Shown: positions 9,552 through 18,815 of the stretch, in pieces | How the letters are laid out: each line of letters begins with the position of its first letter | How positions within the stretch are numbered: position 1 is the stretch's first letter | NCBI GenBank assembly: GCA_044229315.1 | Contig: JBGATG010000007.1 | Location: 4,903 to 68,902, forward strand | Length of the DNA stretch: 64,000 nt | Direction: 5' to 3' | DNA from: Bacteroidia bacterium | Lineage (GTDB): Bacteria; Bacteroidota; Bacteroidia; B-17B0; Aurantibacillaceae | Translations under genes and position numbers: made by a program | Notes under the pieces: model-generated | Database searches by the model: none | Seen by the model: only the letters and a program-made list of their open reading frames with translations | Told to the model about the DNA's origin: nothing

Positions 9552-10754
9552 ATGAAATACACAAAAACAATCTTGGTAGGTGCATTTTTACTCTTTGTAA
9601 AGCTCATCAATGCACAATGGATAACCCAGACTAGCGGCACAACCGAAACCCTTTTGGGCATTTCTGGTGTCAGCCCATACAATGCTTATGCTGTCGGAAC
9701 AAACGGCACGATTAAGCACACCAACAACGCCGGTACAACTTGGGTCAGTCAAGCCAGTGGGACAACAAGTTTTTTAAGAGATATATTCTTCTCTGATTCG
9801 CTCAATGGGTGCGTTGTTGGCCAAATGGGTTTAGTATTAACTACAACCAATACGGGAACAACATGGTCGAATAATGCAAGCGGAACAATTGAACACCTTG
9901 TGCATGTTCATTTTGCAAATTCCTCTATCGGTATGGCAGGTGGTCAGAACGGTGTACTCATAAAAACCAATAATTCTGGCGTAAACTGGTCTACAATGAC
10001 AAGTGGCGTTAGTGTTGAGCTTGCGGGAATTTACATGTGCAACAGCAATATAGCCTATGCTGTTGGATTCAATGGAACAATATTGAAAACAATAAATGGT
10101 GGTATTACCTGGACACCACAAACAAGTGGTACCTCCAACGATTTAAGAAGCGTGGCATTTGTTGGATTAGATACTGGTGTTGTGGTGGGCATTAATGGTA
10201 CAATTCTCAGAACAACGGATGGTGGAACAAATTGGCAAACCTTAACAAGTGGCGTGTCATCAAATCTTTATGGAATTGAGATGATTAGCACTTTCACTAA
10301 TAATGCAGCCGGTACCGGAAAAATACTTAGAAGTATCAATAGCGGAACAACATGGCCGCAACAAGCCATTGGTACTTATACAAATGATCTGTACGATATT
10401 GATTTTGTCAATAATACTGTTGGTTGGGCTGTTGGTCAAATTGGTAAGATATTTTATACGAGTAATGGAGGAATTGCAACTCGTATTAACGATGAAGAGG
10501 CTATGGATAATATCCTTAAGGTTTATCCTAATCCCACCGGTGGGATTGTTTATATAGTCGAAGAAAAGGAATGTTTGCCAACTTCTTATGAAGTGACCGA
10601 TTGCACAGGTACACTATTCTATAAAGGGACACTTCTTGCAGATCAGCATTGCATAGATATCTGTTCAATACCTCAAGGAATATATTTACTAAAAGTTCTT
10701 TATAAGTATAGGCCCCCAAGAACCTGTAAGGTGATAGTTCAACAGAAAGATTGA
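9552..10754 (+). CDS. YCF48/BNR-like beta-propeller protein with T9SS C-terminal sorting domain
   Basis: Repeated VG.NGTILKT.NGG.TW..QTSG units; C-terminal VYPNP...GIYLLKV. Confidence 0.85.
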   Translation: MKYTKTILVGAFLLFVKLINAQWITQTSGTTETLLGISGVSPYNAYAVGTNGTIKHTNNAGTTWVSQASGTTSFLRDIFFSDSLNGCVVGQMGLVLTTTNTGTTWSNNASGTIEHLVHVHFANSSIGMAGGQNGVLIKTNNSGVNWSTMTSGVSVELAGIYMCNSNIAYAVGFNGTILKTINGGITWTPQTSGTSNDLRSVAFVGLDTGVVVGINGTILRTTDGGTNWQTLTSGVSSNLYGIEMISTFTNNAAGTGKILRSINSGTTWPQQAIGTYTNDLYDIDFVNNTVGWAVGQIGKIFYTSNGGIATRINDEEAMDNILKVYPNPTGGIVYIVEEKECLPTSYEVTDCTGTLFYKGTLLADQHCIDICSIPQGIYLLKVLYKYRPPRTCKVIVQQKD

Positions 10755-10978
10755 TACAACCCAATAATTATAGCTTTTTTTGAATAAAGTTTTGAACTTT
10801 ATTGGAATTCCTTAGATTTTAAGCCTCGCTACCGCCCAGGCATACCTGGCAAAGTCTTCCAAGGCTAATAGGTCTTTCTCGAGTCGGTTCAGGATTGCCA
10901 TTCTTTGTGCTATATTTGTGTCTGAGGGGCACAAAGATCGGGTAAATGTCGTCGCAAATGATGATATTTTGCCTACCA

Positions 10979-11006
10979 AAAAAACCTCAGGATACTGGGG
11001 TTTTTT
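10979..11006. terminator. Bidirectional intrinsic-terminator-like hairpin
   Basis: AAAAAACCTCAG-GATA-CTGGGGTTTTTT. Confidence 0.65.
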
Positions 11007-11012
11007 CATTTC

Positions 11013-11288
11013 ATGGAATTTGTTGTCTACATAATGTATTCAAATAGTAGTAAGCGTAATTATACTGGTTACACGTCTAATCTGATAGAGCGATTTCGTT
11101 CACATAATATTTACGGAAAAGATAGTACAAGACTTTACAGACCTTGGACAGTAGTGCATGTTGAATTTTTTCGAACCAAAGAAGAGGCGATGAAACGAGA
11201 AAAGTACTTTAAGGCCGGGCGTGGATCAATTTTGAAGAATTCAATTGTCTCTGAATTCATGGCTCGTTGGGCTCATACCCTTCCCTAA
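11013..11288 (+). CDS. Small stand-alone GIY-YIG nuclease family protein
   Basis: VYIMYS...YTGYT...RFRSHN...EAMKREK (GIY-YIG, Arg and Glu motifs). The C-terminal ARWAHT is translated tRNA sequence. Confidence 0.85.
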   Translation: MEFVVYIMYSNSSKRNYTGYTSNLIERFRSHNIYGKDSTRLYRPWTVVHVEFFRTKEEAMKREKYFKAGRGSILKNSIVSEFMARWAHTLP

Positions 11289-11326
11289 AGGGAAGGGCGG
11301 AAGTTCGAATCTTCCTCCCGCTACCA
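11262..11326 (+). pseudogene. 3' fragment of tRNA-fMet (CAT) with an inserted hairpin
   Basis: GCTCGTTGGG-CTCATA-CCC (GGG/CCC initiator anticodon stem), insert TTCCCTAAAGGGAA, perfect T-arm GGAAG-TTCGAAT-CTTCC, acceptor 3' strand TCCCGCT-A-CCA. No D-arm or 5' acceptor strand upstream. Confidence 0.8.
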
Positions 11327-11354
11327 AAAAAACCACCTGAAATGGTGGTTTTTT
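11327..11354 (+). terminator. Intrinsic terminator after the tRNA fragment
   Basis: AAAAAACCACC-TGAAAT-GGTGGTTTTTT. Confidence 0.7.
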
Positions 11355-11468
11355 ATTTTGTTTTCGGTCATCTACTCATTCCTACTAAACACTCGCTCAG
11401 TTCCCCGGAATTAAATTTGGTTTGGATACGTCGTAAAAAGTACTTTCATACACGTAAAACTTTATGTT

Positions 11469-13682
11469 ATGAAATTATCCTCTTCTTCGATCTCAAAAAT
11501 AACGTTGGCACTCTGTTTGATCCTCGCCGGTTTTACCGCGAAGGCCCAAGTGACAAAAACATTCACGATCATTCCATTTGCAGATACAAACAATAACTGC
11601 GTTTATGATTTTGGTGAAGACACGCTTGTGAGTTTCAAGATACAAGCGGTAGATCCCATGAATTTTTATGGAACCGCCGGAGTAACAAATGCAAATGGAA
11701 GACTAGCTCTTTCATTACCGGTTCCTGCCGCAAGTAATAGTTATTCAATCGCGCTGCTATCCGGGCTTATAGAACCTTGTGCGGTTTCTGCAGCAACAGC
11801 CGTTCCATACTATTCATTATATTATCTGCCTATCAAACCTGTGATCCTAAATGCGCCGGTAGGTTATGGAAGTACTTTTTTTTGGGGACAAACTGCACAA
11901 GGCAAACTTTTCAAATATGCCCCAATGGACACGCTAAGGAATTGTAGCGCTCCTCTTTATTCCGGAAACTTCAATTGTTTTTTTGAGTTACATAACAATG
12001 TGAATTCAATGCCGGGGTTTTATACCGGTACAATGACAGTTAAATTGGATGCGGCAACGGTTGATACTTACTCTTTCGGTTTTGTCAACACATCAACCTC
12101 ATTCACTTCGGCAAGTTCAACAGGCACGATATTGTCAAATCAAAATGATCAAGCTCTAATGGTCATGTATAATTTGCCGAATACTCTGGTAACCGCGGGT
12201 ATCCACACATTGTCGGTGATCTTTACACCATTTACAGGATATTCACAAAATTCAGTAATGAATATAATATTGAGCGCTGATAGTTGCGGAAGCATAAATG
12301 GTCAAGCGTACATGGACTGTAATAATAACTGCGCGTTTGATGCCTGGGAAACCTATGGAGGCAACAACATTAGCGCCGTGGTTGTTACGAATGCCACAAA
12401 TACGCTTTCCTGTTATCCGAGCGCAAATGGTTCTTATAATTTAAGCGCGCCGGTTGGAATTTATACGGTTACTGCAGTTGGAACAAATAGCAGCTATTCA
12501 GTTTGCCCGGTTACTTCATTCACAACAAATATTTCTTATCTTTCTTCTTACACCTTGAATTATGGTGTACAAGAACTTAATCCAAATTCGGTTGATTACA
12601 AAACATTCTTAAACATGAGCGGAGCAAATCCTGGTCCGGGTGCTGTGCCGGGTGGAACCTTGGCGATCAATGCATACAACATTAAAACCGGTGGTCCATT
12701 ATGTACAGTGAATCCAACTTTAGTTCCAACTGCTTTAAAAATCGTGTTGCCAATTGAAATGACCTATTCATATGTTATCGGTACAACGCCGCTTCCTTCG
12801 TCGGTTATTCCATGCGCAACAGGGGATACTATTGTTTGGAATTATCCGGGGGCAAACGCCTTGCATCAAATTGGAGTGTTCACTGCAACTAACGCTACTA
12901 TTGGAAATTCTTATTGCATTAAAAGCATTGTGAATCCACAAAACGATAATGACCCAAGCAATAACATTTATACACGATGTACCACATTTGGTGGACCTTT
13001 TGATCCAAACGAGAAAACTGCGGAGGCGCTGAACATGTTCCCTAACGGAAATATCTTGCCGGGCACACAGGATATTACTTACACTATTGAATTCCAAAAT
13101 TTGGGCAACGGTCAAGCTGTGAATATAAATATCAACGATACTATTAGTTCTTATTTGGATCTTTCTTCACTACAGGTGATCTCGTCAAGTTTCCCGGTTC
13201 AAACAATTGTGAATGCCGGTACCAGAGTTGTTGATTTTAAATTCAAAGGAATTAATTTACCTGCTTCAAGTGTTAACGAGCCTGCCAGTCATGGCTACGT
13301 GAGATATAAGCTCAACTTAAATCCAAGTTTACCTTTGGGCACAAGTATTAAGAACAGAGCGCACATCTATTTTGATTATAATTCAGCGGTGTCAACTAAC
13401 CAAACTATAAATACAATAGCTTTAACTACCGGCATCAATCAAAATGCATTAAATAGCATGGTGATCATGTATCCTAACCCTACAAAAGATAATGTGAATA
13501 TTAATTCTTCAGTTATTATTTCGAGAATTGAGGTGATGAATTTAGTAGGCCAGGTGATCACGGCGAAAGATGTAAATTCCTTTAATACGAATATTGATCT
13601 TAGCATGTTGAATAAAGGAGTGTATTTGGTTCAGATGCATACAGCATCCGGCCCGATCATTAAAAAACTGGTAAAAGAGTAG
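11469..13682 (+). CDS. T9SS-secreted surface protein with DUF7619/DUF11-like domain
   Basis: Signal peptide; PFDPNEK...YTIEFQNLG...HGYVRYK...RAHIYFDYN; C-terminal MYPNP...GVYLVQ...IKKLVKE sorting domain. Confidence 0.85.
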   Translation: MKLSSSSISKITLALCLILAGFTAKAQVTKTFTIIPFADTNNNCVYDFGEDTLVSFKIQAVDPMNFYGTAGVTNANGRLALSLPVPAASNSYSIALLSGLIEPCAVSAATAVPYYSLYYLPIKPVILNAPVGYGSTFFWGQTAQGKLFKYAPMDTLRNCSAPLYSGNFNCFFELHNNVNSMPGFYTGTMTVKLDAATVDTYSFGFVNTSTSFTSASSTGTILSNQNDQALMVMYNLPNTLVTAGIHTLSVIFTPFTGYSQNSVMNIILSADSCGSINGQAYMDCNNNCAFDAWETYGGNNISAVVVTNATNTLSCYPSANGSYNLSAPVGIYTVTAVGTNSSYSVCPVTSFTTNISYLSSYTLNYGVQELNPNSVDYKTFLNMSGANPGPGAVPGGTLAINAYNIKTGGPLCTVNPTLVPTALKIVLPIEMTYSYVIGTTPLPSSVIPCATGDTIVWNYPGANALHQIGVFTATNATIGNSYCIKSIVNPQNDNDPSNNIYTRCTTFGGPFDPNEKTAEALNMFPNGNILPGTQDITYTIEFQNLGNGQAVNININDTISSYLDLSSLQVISSSFPVQTIVNAGTRVVDFKFKGINLPASSVNEPASHGYVRYKLNLNPSLPLGTSIKNRAHIYFDYNSAVSTNQTINTIALTTGINQNALNSMVIMYPNPTKDNVNINSSVIISRIEVMNLVGQVITAKDVNSFNTNIDLSMLNKGVYLVQMHTASGPIIKKLVKE

Positions 13683-13700
13683 TAATTAGGTTTGAAAATG

Positions 13701-13730
13701 AAGACCCCGCTTCGGCGGGGTTTTTTGTTT
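13701..13730 (+). terminator. Intrinsic terminator
   Basis: ACCCCGC-TTCG-GCGGGGT followed by a T-tract, between convergent genes. Confidence 0.85.
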
Positions 13731-14595
13731 AACGATGTTCCTTGCTAAATGCCAGGGGTGTTATGCCCTCCTGTTTTTTGAAGAAGCGAATGAAGTAGGA
13801 GGGATCACTGAAGCCAAGCTCATCTGAGATCTCAGTAATATTCAACTTGGAACTTAGTAAGAGTCGTTTTGCTTCAAGAGTAACGCGTTCTGCAATCAAT
13901 TGTGAACTTGTTTTATTAACGCACGAACGAGTGATCCGATTCAAATGCTTTTCAGTAATATGCAATTTTGAAGCGTATTCGCTTGGATACTTCAGCGTTT
14001 TATAATGGTGTTCAACGAGATCTTCAAAATTTTGTACCTGGTTCAAGTAAGTTTCATTTTCCGGATCGGCAACAGGTGTGTGAACGCGTGAGAGTTCTAT
14101 GTAGGCAATATTTACCAGGGAATGGATCTTTTGTGCAGAATTTAATTTTTTTTGTTTGAATTCATCCTTGATCTCCCGCATGAGCGACTGGATCCTAATG
14201 AGAACTGTTGAACTAAGTTGAGTGAGAACGGCGCTGCCGAATGAACTAAAGAATGGAAAGTTCTTTAGTTTCTCATTCGTAAAACTTTCTTCGTAAAAAC
14301 TCTTCGAATGAAAGAATACGTAACCGTCAGTATCATTTGATAAATTCCAACTATGCATTTGTCCGGGTTTTAATGTGAACAATGAACCGGGTTTAACTTT
14401 GTATTTGGTAAAATCTACTTCATGTGTGCCACTTCCCTTTGTAAAAAGTACAGTGAGGTAAAAATTATGCTTATGCGGATGATTCGTGAATTGATGCTCC
14501 TTTAAATGGGTAGGAAGGTCGTTGGCGTAAAAATGATCGCTGGGATTTTCTTGTTTAAAATCCAGTATCCGATATATGGGTAGGTTTTTAGCCAC
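13729..14595 (-). CDS. AraC-family transcriptional regulator
   Basis: Cupin-like HPHKHNFY N-domain; C-terminal HTH (ITEISDELGFSDPSYFIRFFKK). Confidence 0.92.
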   Translation of the reverse strand: MAKNLPIYRILDFKQENPSDHFYANDLPTHLKEHQFTNHPHKHNFYLTVLFTKGSGTHEVDFTKYKVKPGSLFTLKPGQMHSWNLSNDTDGYVFFHSKSFYEESFTNEKLKNFPFFSSFGSAVLTQLSSTVLIRIQSLMREIKDEFKQKKLNSAQKIHSLVNIAYIELSRVHTPVADPENETYLNQVQNFEDLVEHHYKTLKYPSEYASKLHITEKHLNRITRSCVNKTSSQLIAERVTLEAKRLLLSSKLNITEISDELGFSDPSYFIRFFKKQEGITPLAFSKEHR

Positions 14596-14685
14596 TGGTC
14601 AAAGGTAGTAAAAATGTCCGAATTGTGCTATTTTAAGGGTAATTGGTGAATCGCTAGGTGAAGAGACTTGTCGTACCTTCGGTAT

Positions 14686-15063
14686 ATGGAAGATCTAAAA
14701 CTCGCACAAAGCAAGAAGAGTTCAATGATGAGAAGTATTCTTGGAGAAAAATGTCCTAATTGTGGTCAAAGCCATGTGTTCGAGCCTTCAAAGAAGATCT
14801 TTGCTATGCCGGTGATGAAAGATAAATGTGAAACTTGTAACTACGCATTTGATCGCGAGCCGGGATACTTTATCGGCGCTTTATATATCAGCTATGGATT
14901 GGCTGTTGCACAAGCGATAGCGACATTCTTGCTGTGTTATTTTTTATTTCCGGCGATGGAAACATTTTGGATCCCGATCATGATCTTGGGCGTTTTATGT
15001 TTACTGGCAAAAAAGAACTACAAATTAGCGAGGATCATTTACATCCATATTTTCCCCTGGTAG
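14686..15063 (+). CDS. DUF983-like Cys-motif membrane protein
   Basis: CPNCG...CETC, REPGYFIGALYISY; start reassigned to the ATG at 14686. Confidence 0.75.
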   Translation: MEDLKLAQSKKSSMMRSILGEKCPNCGQSHVFEPSKKIFAMPVMKDKCETCNYAFDREPGYFIGALYISYGLAVAQAIATFLLCYFLFPAMETFWIPIMILGVLCLLAKKNYKLARIIYIHIFPW

Positions 15064-15064
15064 A

Positions 15065-16267
15065 TCAGGCTAGTTTAGCCTTATTCGTGAAGAATCTCAC
15101 AGGATAAAGCGCGGCAAAAAATCCAATGAGCATAATGAGTAAAAAGATCCAAACAAAATCCTTGAACTGTAACTCCATTGGCCAGTAAGGGATGATGTAT
15201 TCATCTCCAAATTTTACCAGGTGAAATTGGATCTGTAACCAACACACAAATAATCCGATCGCTAATCCAAGCGTTGCGCCCACGGCAGTGATCAAAAATC
15301 CTTCTCGCATAAAAATATTTCTTACCAAGGCAAGATCAGCACCCAAACTAAATAAGGTCTTGATGTCTTTTTTCTTTTCAATGATCAACATGGTTAATGC
15401 TCCAATGATATTGAAGGTTGCAATGATCAAAATAAAGGCCAGGATAATGAAAGTGGCTAATTTTTCTGTTTCGAGCGTTTTAAATAATACGTCATTCAGC
15501 TGATTGCGATTCTTTACCGTGTAATCATCACCAAACGCGGCTATTAGTTTTTCCTGCACCTGTTCAACGTTTCTACATTTTATTTCTAAAGAACTTACGC
15601 GGGTACTATCTCCAAATAATTCGCGTGCTGTTCTTAAACTTACAAATACCAATTGAAAATCAAGATCATCATTTCCGGCAAATACTCCGTTTGGAGTTAA
15701 AAATAGTTGGGTGAAATTATCTTCGGCATTTAAACTTGTGGTCTTCCCTTTGGTTGGACTCAATAAGCTTAATTCACTGGAGATCTCCATGATATTCACG
15801 CCAAGGGTATTCGCAACGCCGCGACCAAGCACGATGTATTTCTTTTTATCAGATATACTGAATCCACCCTCAACTATGGAAGAATCGATATTTGTAACCT
15901 TTAAAAAATTATCGTCAACGCCTTTAACCGAAACAAGCGTTTGTTTTTCATTGTTTTTGATCAAAGCCTTATCAAAATAGGTTTCAGAAACACTTTCTAT
16001 TTCAGGAATACTTTTAATAAGAGTGTATAGCGTTGAGTTTGGTTCAAACGTTTTTCCCTTCGCGGCATTGATCTTAAGATCGGGTTCGAATGTATTATAC
16101 AAACTTGCAATGGCCCCGGTTAATCCATTCATTGCTGAAAGGATCACAATAAGCGCGCCGGTTGTAATGGCAATGGCAATAATGCTTATCCAACTGATAA
16201 CATTAATAGCATTGCTGGATTTTTTTGAGATAAGGTAACGGCGTGCTATGAAAAAACTAAGATTCAA
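15065..16267 (-). CDS. LolC/E (FtsX-like) ABC transporter permease
   Basis: FFIARRYL, SAMNG and IIEKKKDIKTLFSLGA motifs with four TM segments. Confidence 0.88.
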   Translation of the reverse strand: MNLSFFIARRYLISKKSSNAINVISWISIIAIAITTGALIVILSAMNGLTGAIASLYNTFEPDLKINAAKGKTFEPNSTLYTLIKSIPEIESVSETYFDKALIKNNEKQTLVSVKGVDDNFLKVTNIDSSIVEGGFSISDKKKYIVLGRGVANTLGVNIMEISSELSLLSPTKGKTTSLNAEDNFTQLFLTPNGVFAGNDDLDFQLVFVSLRTARELFGDSTRVSSLEIKCRNVEQVQEKLIAAFGDDYTVKNRNQLNDVLFKTLETEKLATFIILAFILIIATFNIIGALTMLIIEKKKDIKTLFSLGADLALVRNIFMREGFLITAVGATLGLAIGLFVCWLQIQFHLVKFGDEYIIPYWPMELQFKDFVWIFLLIMLIGFFAALYPVRFFTNKAKLA

Positions 16268-16269
16268 TT

Positions 16270-16608
16270 TTATTTTTTTAACAGGCTGTCAATTTTCATG
16301 GCGTAATCCAAAGAATCATCCAGATAAAACTGCAGATCGGGCACAACGCGTAACTGCTTTCCTACAGCAATTCCCAAACGTTTACGAATAGGCGCGGTTT
16401 GATCACCAACCAATCTAAATATAGCATCCCTGTCTTTTGTGGCCATGATACTGATATACACTTTCGCTAGGCCCAGATCCGGACTCACTCTTACCTGCGT
16501 AACGGTGATAAAAGCCCCGCCAAAAAGGTTGCGCGACTCGCTTCTGAAGATCTCGGCCAGTTCTTTTTGTACCAATTTGTTTATTTTCTGCTGTCTAACG
16601 CTTTCCAT
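16270..16608 (-). CDS. rbfA: 30S ribosome-binding factor A
   Basis: RQQKINKLVQKELAEI, VRVSPDL, LRVVPDLQFYLD. Confidence 0.96.
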   Translation of the reverse strand: MESVRQQKINKLVQKELAEIFRSESRNLFGGAFITVTQVRVSPDLGLAKVYISIMATKDRDAIFRLVGDQTAPIRKRLGIAVGKQLRVVPDLQFYLDDSLDYAMKIDSLLKK

Positions 16609-16704
16609 GGGCTAAAGGTAAGCATTTTCAACATAATAATAGGGATAATATGGCGTTGTATAAGGCCTCGCTAAGGCATATTAATTAGTATATTCGTCCA
16701 GGCA

Positions 16705-18546
16705 ATGCGTAAGCTTTTCTCCGCTTTAAAATACATTAAGAATTATAAGGGAAATACAACCCTTAATATCCTATTCAATATCCTTTTTGCCGTTTTCAAT
16801 GCGGCAGTGTTCGCGCTTATTTCGCCTTTCCTGGATCTTTTATTTAAGAACGATTCTCTAAAGGTTCACGATATCATTTTAAAAGGGGAACCACATTTCT
16901 CTTTCTCTTCTTCGTATTTCTCGGAGGTGACCAACTATCATTTGGCGAGTTTGGTAATGATAAAGGGAAAGGTGGGAGCGCTCATCACCATTTGTTTTTT
17001 GGTGGTACTTGTTACTTTATTCAAGAATATTTGCCGTTACATGGCTATGTTCTTTATTGCACCCATTCGCAATGGTGTAGTTCGCGATCTAAGAAATAAA
17101 ATGCATAAAAAAGCATTGGATCTTCCACTGAGCTATTATAGCGAAGAGAAAAAGGGGGATCTCATGAGCAGGATGACAACAGATGTGATGGAGATCGAAT
17201 GGAGCATCATGCAAACACTGGAGATGATCTTCAGAGAACCTTTAACGGTTGTGATCATTTTTACAGTGATGTTGTTGATCAGTGTGAAGCTTACGCTTTA
17301 TATTTTACTACTTCTTCCCATTGCGGCTCTGTTCATCGTATTAATTTCAAAGAGTCTGAAGAATTCTGCAAGGAAAGCTAAAGAAACGCTTGGGAGTTTA
17401 ATTAGTTTGATAGAAGAGACCTTGGGAAGTATTAAAGTGATCAAGGCCTTTAATGCCGAGAAACATTTACAAGATAAATTTGAGGCAACTAATGAGAAGT
17501 TCTATAAGCAATCAGTAAAAGTATATCGTCAAACCGATCTTGGTTCTCCGCTTACCGAAACAATTGTTACCGCTATTTTAATGTTGGTGTTGTTCATTGG
17601 TGGAGGAATGGTATTTAGAAAAGAACTTGAGCCGGCATTATTTATTACTTATTTTGGATTGGCTTCACAATTAGTACCACCGATCAAACAGATCACACAA
17701 TCCTATAATAATATTCAAAAAGGAATTGCCAGCGAAGAGCGTATTGATAAAATTATTGGTGCTAGTTTAGAGATCCACGATGCTCCAAACGCAAAAGAGA
17801 TCAAGAGCTTGGATTCTACCATTGAATATAAAAATGTGTCGTTCATGTATCATAAAGGCGGCGCAGGTTATGTGCTGAAAGACGTGAATTTGAAAATTGC
17901 GAAGGGCAAAACCGTTGCGCTGGTAGGGCAGAGCGGAAGCGGAAAAACAACTATGGCGGATATGCTGCCGCGTTTTTATGATACGGATAAAGGCGAGATC
18001 CAGATCGATGGAGTGAATATCAAAGAAGTAAGTACAAAATCATTAAGAAATATTATTGGTGTTGTTACTCAGGAAAGTATTTTGTTCAATGATTCCATTT
18101 ATAATAACATTGTATTTGGTATTGAAGGAAAAACCGAAGCCGACGTGATCAATGCCGCTAAAATTGCGAATGCGCATAGCTTTATTGCTGAAATGCCTCA
18201 GGGATATCACACTAATATTGGCGATAGAGGAAGTAGGTTAAGTGGTGGACAAAGACAACGTATTAACATTGCCCGTGCAGTATTGAAAAATCCTGATATT
18301 TTAATTTTGGATGAAGCAACCTCTGCTTTAGATACAGAAAGCGAAAAATTAGTTCAGGAAGCTTTACAAAAGCTAATGCACAGTAGAACCAGTATCGTGA
18401 TCGCTCACCGTTTATCTACTATTATGAGCGCCGATGAGATCATTGTTTTAAATAAAGGGGAAATTGTTGAGCGCGGTAATCACCAACAGTTATTGGCTCT
18501 TAATGGCCAGTATAAAAAGCTGTGTGATATGCAGAATATTGCTTAA
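16705..18546 (+). CDS. ABC exporter, fused permease/ATPase (MsbA-like)
   Basis: TM domain plus GQSGSGKT, LSGGQRQR and LILDEATSALD. Confidence 0.92.
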   Translation: MRKLFSALKYIKNYKGNTTLNILFNILFAVFNAAVFALISPFLDLLFKNDSLKVHDIILKGEPHFSFSSSYFSEVTNYHLASLVMIKGKVGALITICFLVVLVTLFKNICRYMAMFFIAPIRNGVVRDLRNKMHKKALDLPLSYYSEEKKGDLMSRMTTDVMEIEWSIMQTLEMIFREPLTVVIIFTVMLLISVKLTLYILLLLPIAALFIVLISKSLKNSARKAKETLGSLISLIEETLGSIKVIKAFNAEKHLQDKFEATNEKFYKQSVKVYRQTDLGSPLTETIVTAILMLVLFIGGGMVFRKELEPALFITYFGLASQLVPPIKQITQSYNNIQKGIASEERIDKIIGASLEIHDAPNAKEIKSLDSTIEYKNVSFMYHKGGAGYVLKDVNLKIAKGKTVALVGQSGSGKTTMADMLPRFYDTDKGEIQIDGVNIKEVSTKSLRNIIGVVTQESILFNDSIYNNIVFGIEGKTEADVINAAKIANAHSFIAEMPQGYHTNIGDRGSRLSGGQRQRINIARAVLKNPDILILDEATSALDTESEKLVQEALQKLMHSRTSIVIAHRLSTIMSADEIIVLNKGEIVERGNHQQLLALNGQYKKLCDMQNIA

Positions 18547-18590
18547 CTTTTTTTGGGACAATAGATCTTTATTGTTGCCGTTGATTTAGC

Positions 18591-18785
18591 ATGAGAGTAT
18601 TCTTAATTTTGGTTGGATCTTTAATATTACTTTCCTGTAAAAAGGACCATGTTTGCGAGTGCACGGTTGAGATCGGTAGCAGCGCCCCAACAAAGGCCGT
18701 TATTCACGATACAAAAAGGAAAGCAAAGGAACAATGCTCTGGGAAAATGACATTTGTTACGGAGCATTGCGAAATCAAGAATTGA
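18591..18785 (+). CDS. Small Cys-rich lipoprotein
   Basis: Lipobox LLSC-KK followed by CxC...C...C. Confidence 0.7.
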   Translation: MRVFLILVGSLILLSCKKDHVCECTVEIGSSAPTKAVIHDTKRKAKEQCSGKMTFVTEHCEIKN

Positions 18786-18815
18786 ACCGGGTTTTAATTC
18801 CAATGATAGCAATCG

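Noticed and set aside
10812-11009. 65-aa minus-strand ORF
   Set aside because: It overlaps a terminator, a promoter box and hairpins, and has no recognisable motif; a gene remnant cannot be excluded.
11250-11326. Functional tRNA-fMet gene
   Set aside because: No 5' acceptor strand or D-arm; the anticodon loop is one base short and interrupted by an inserted hairpin.
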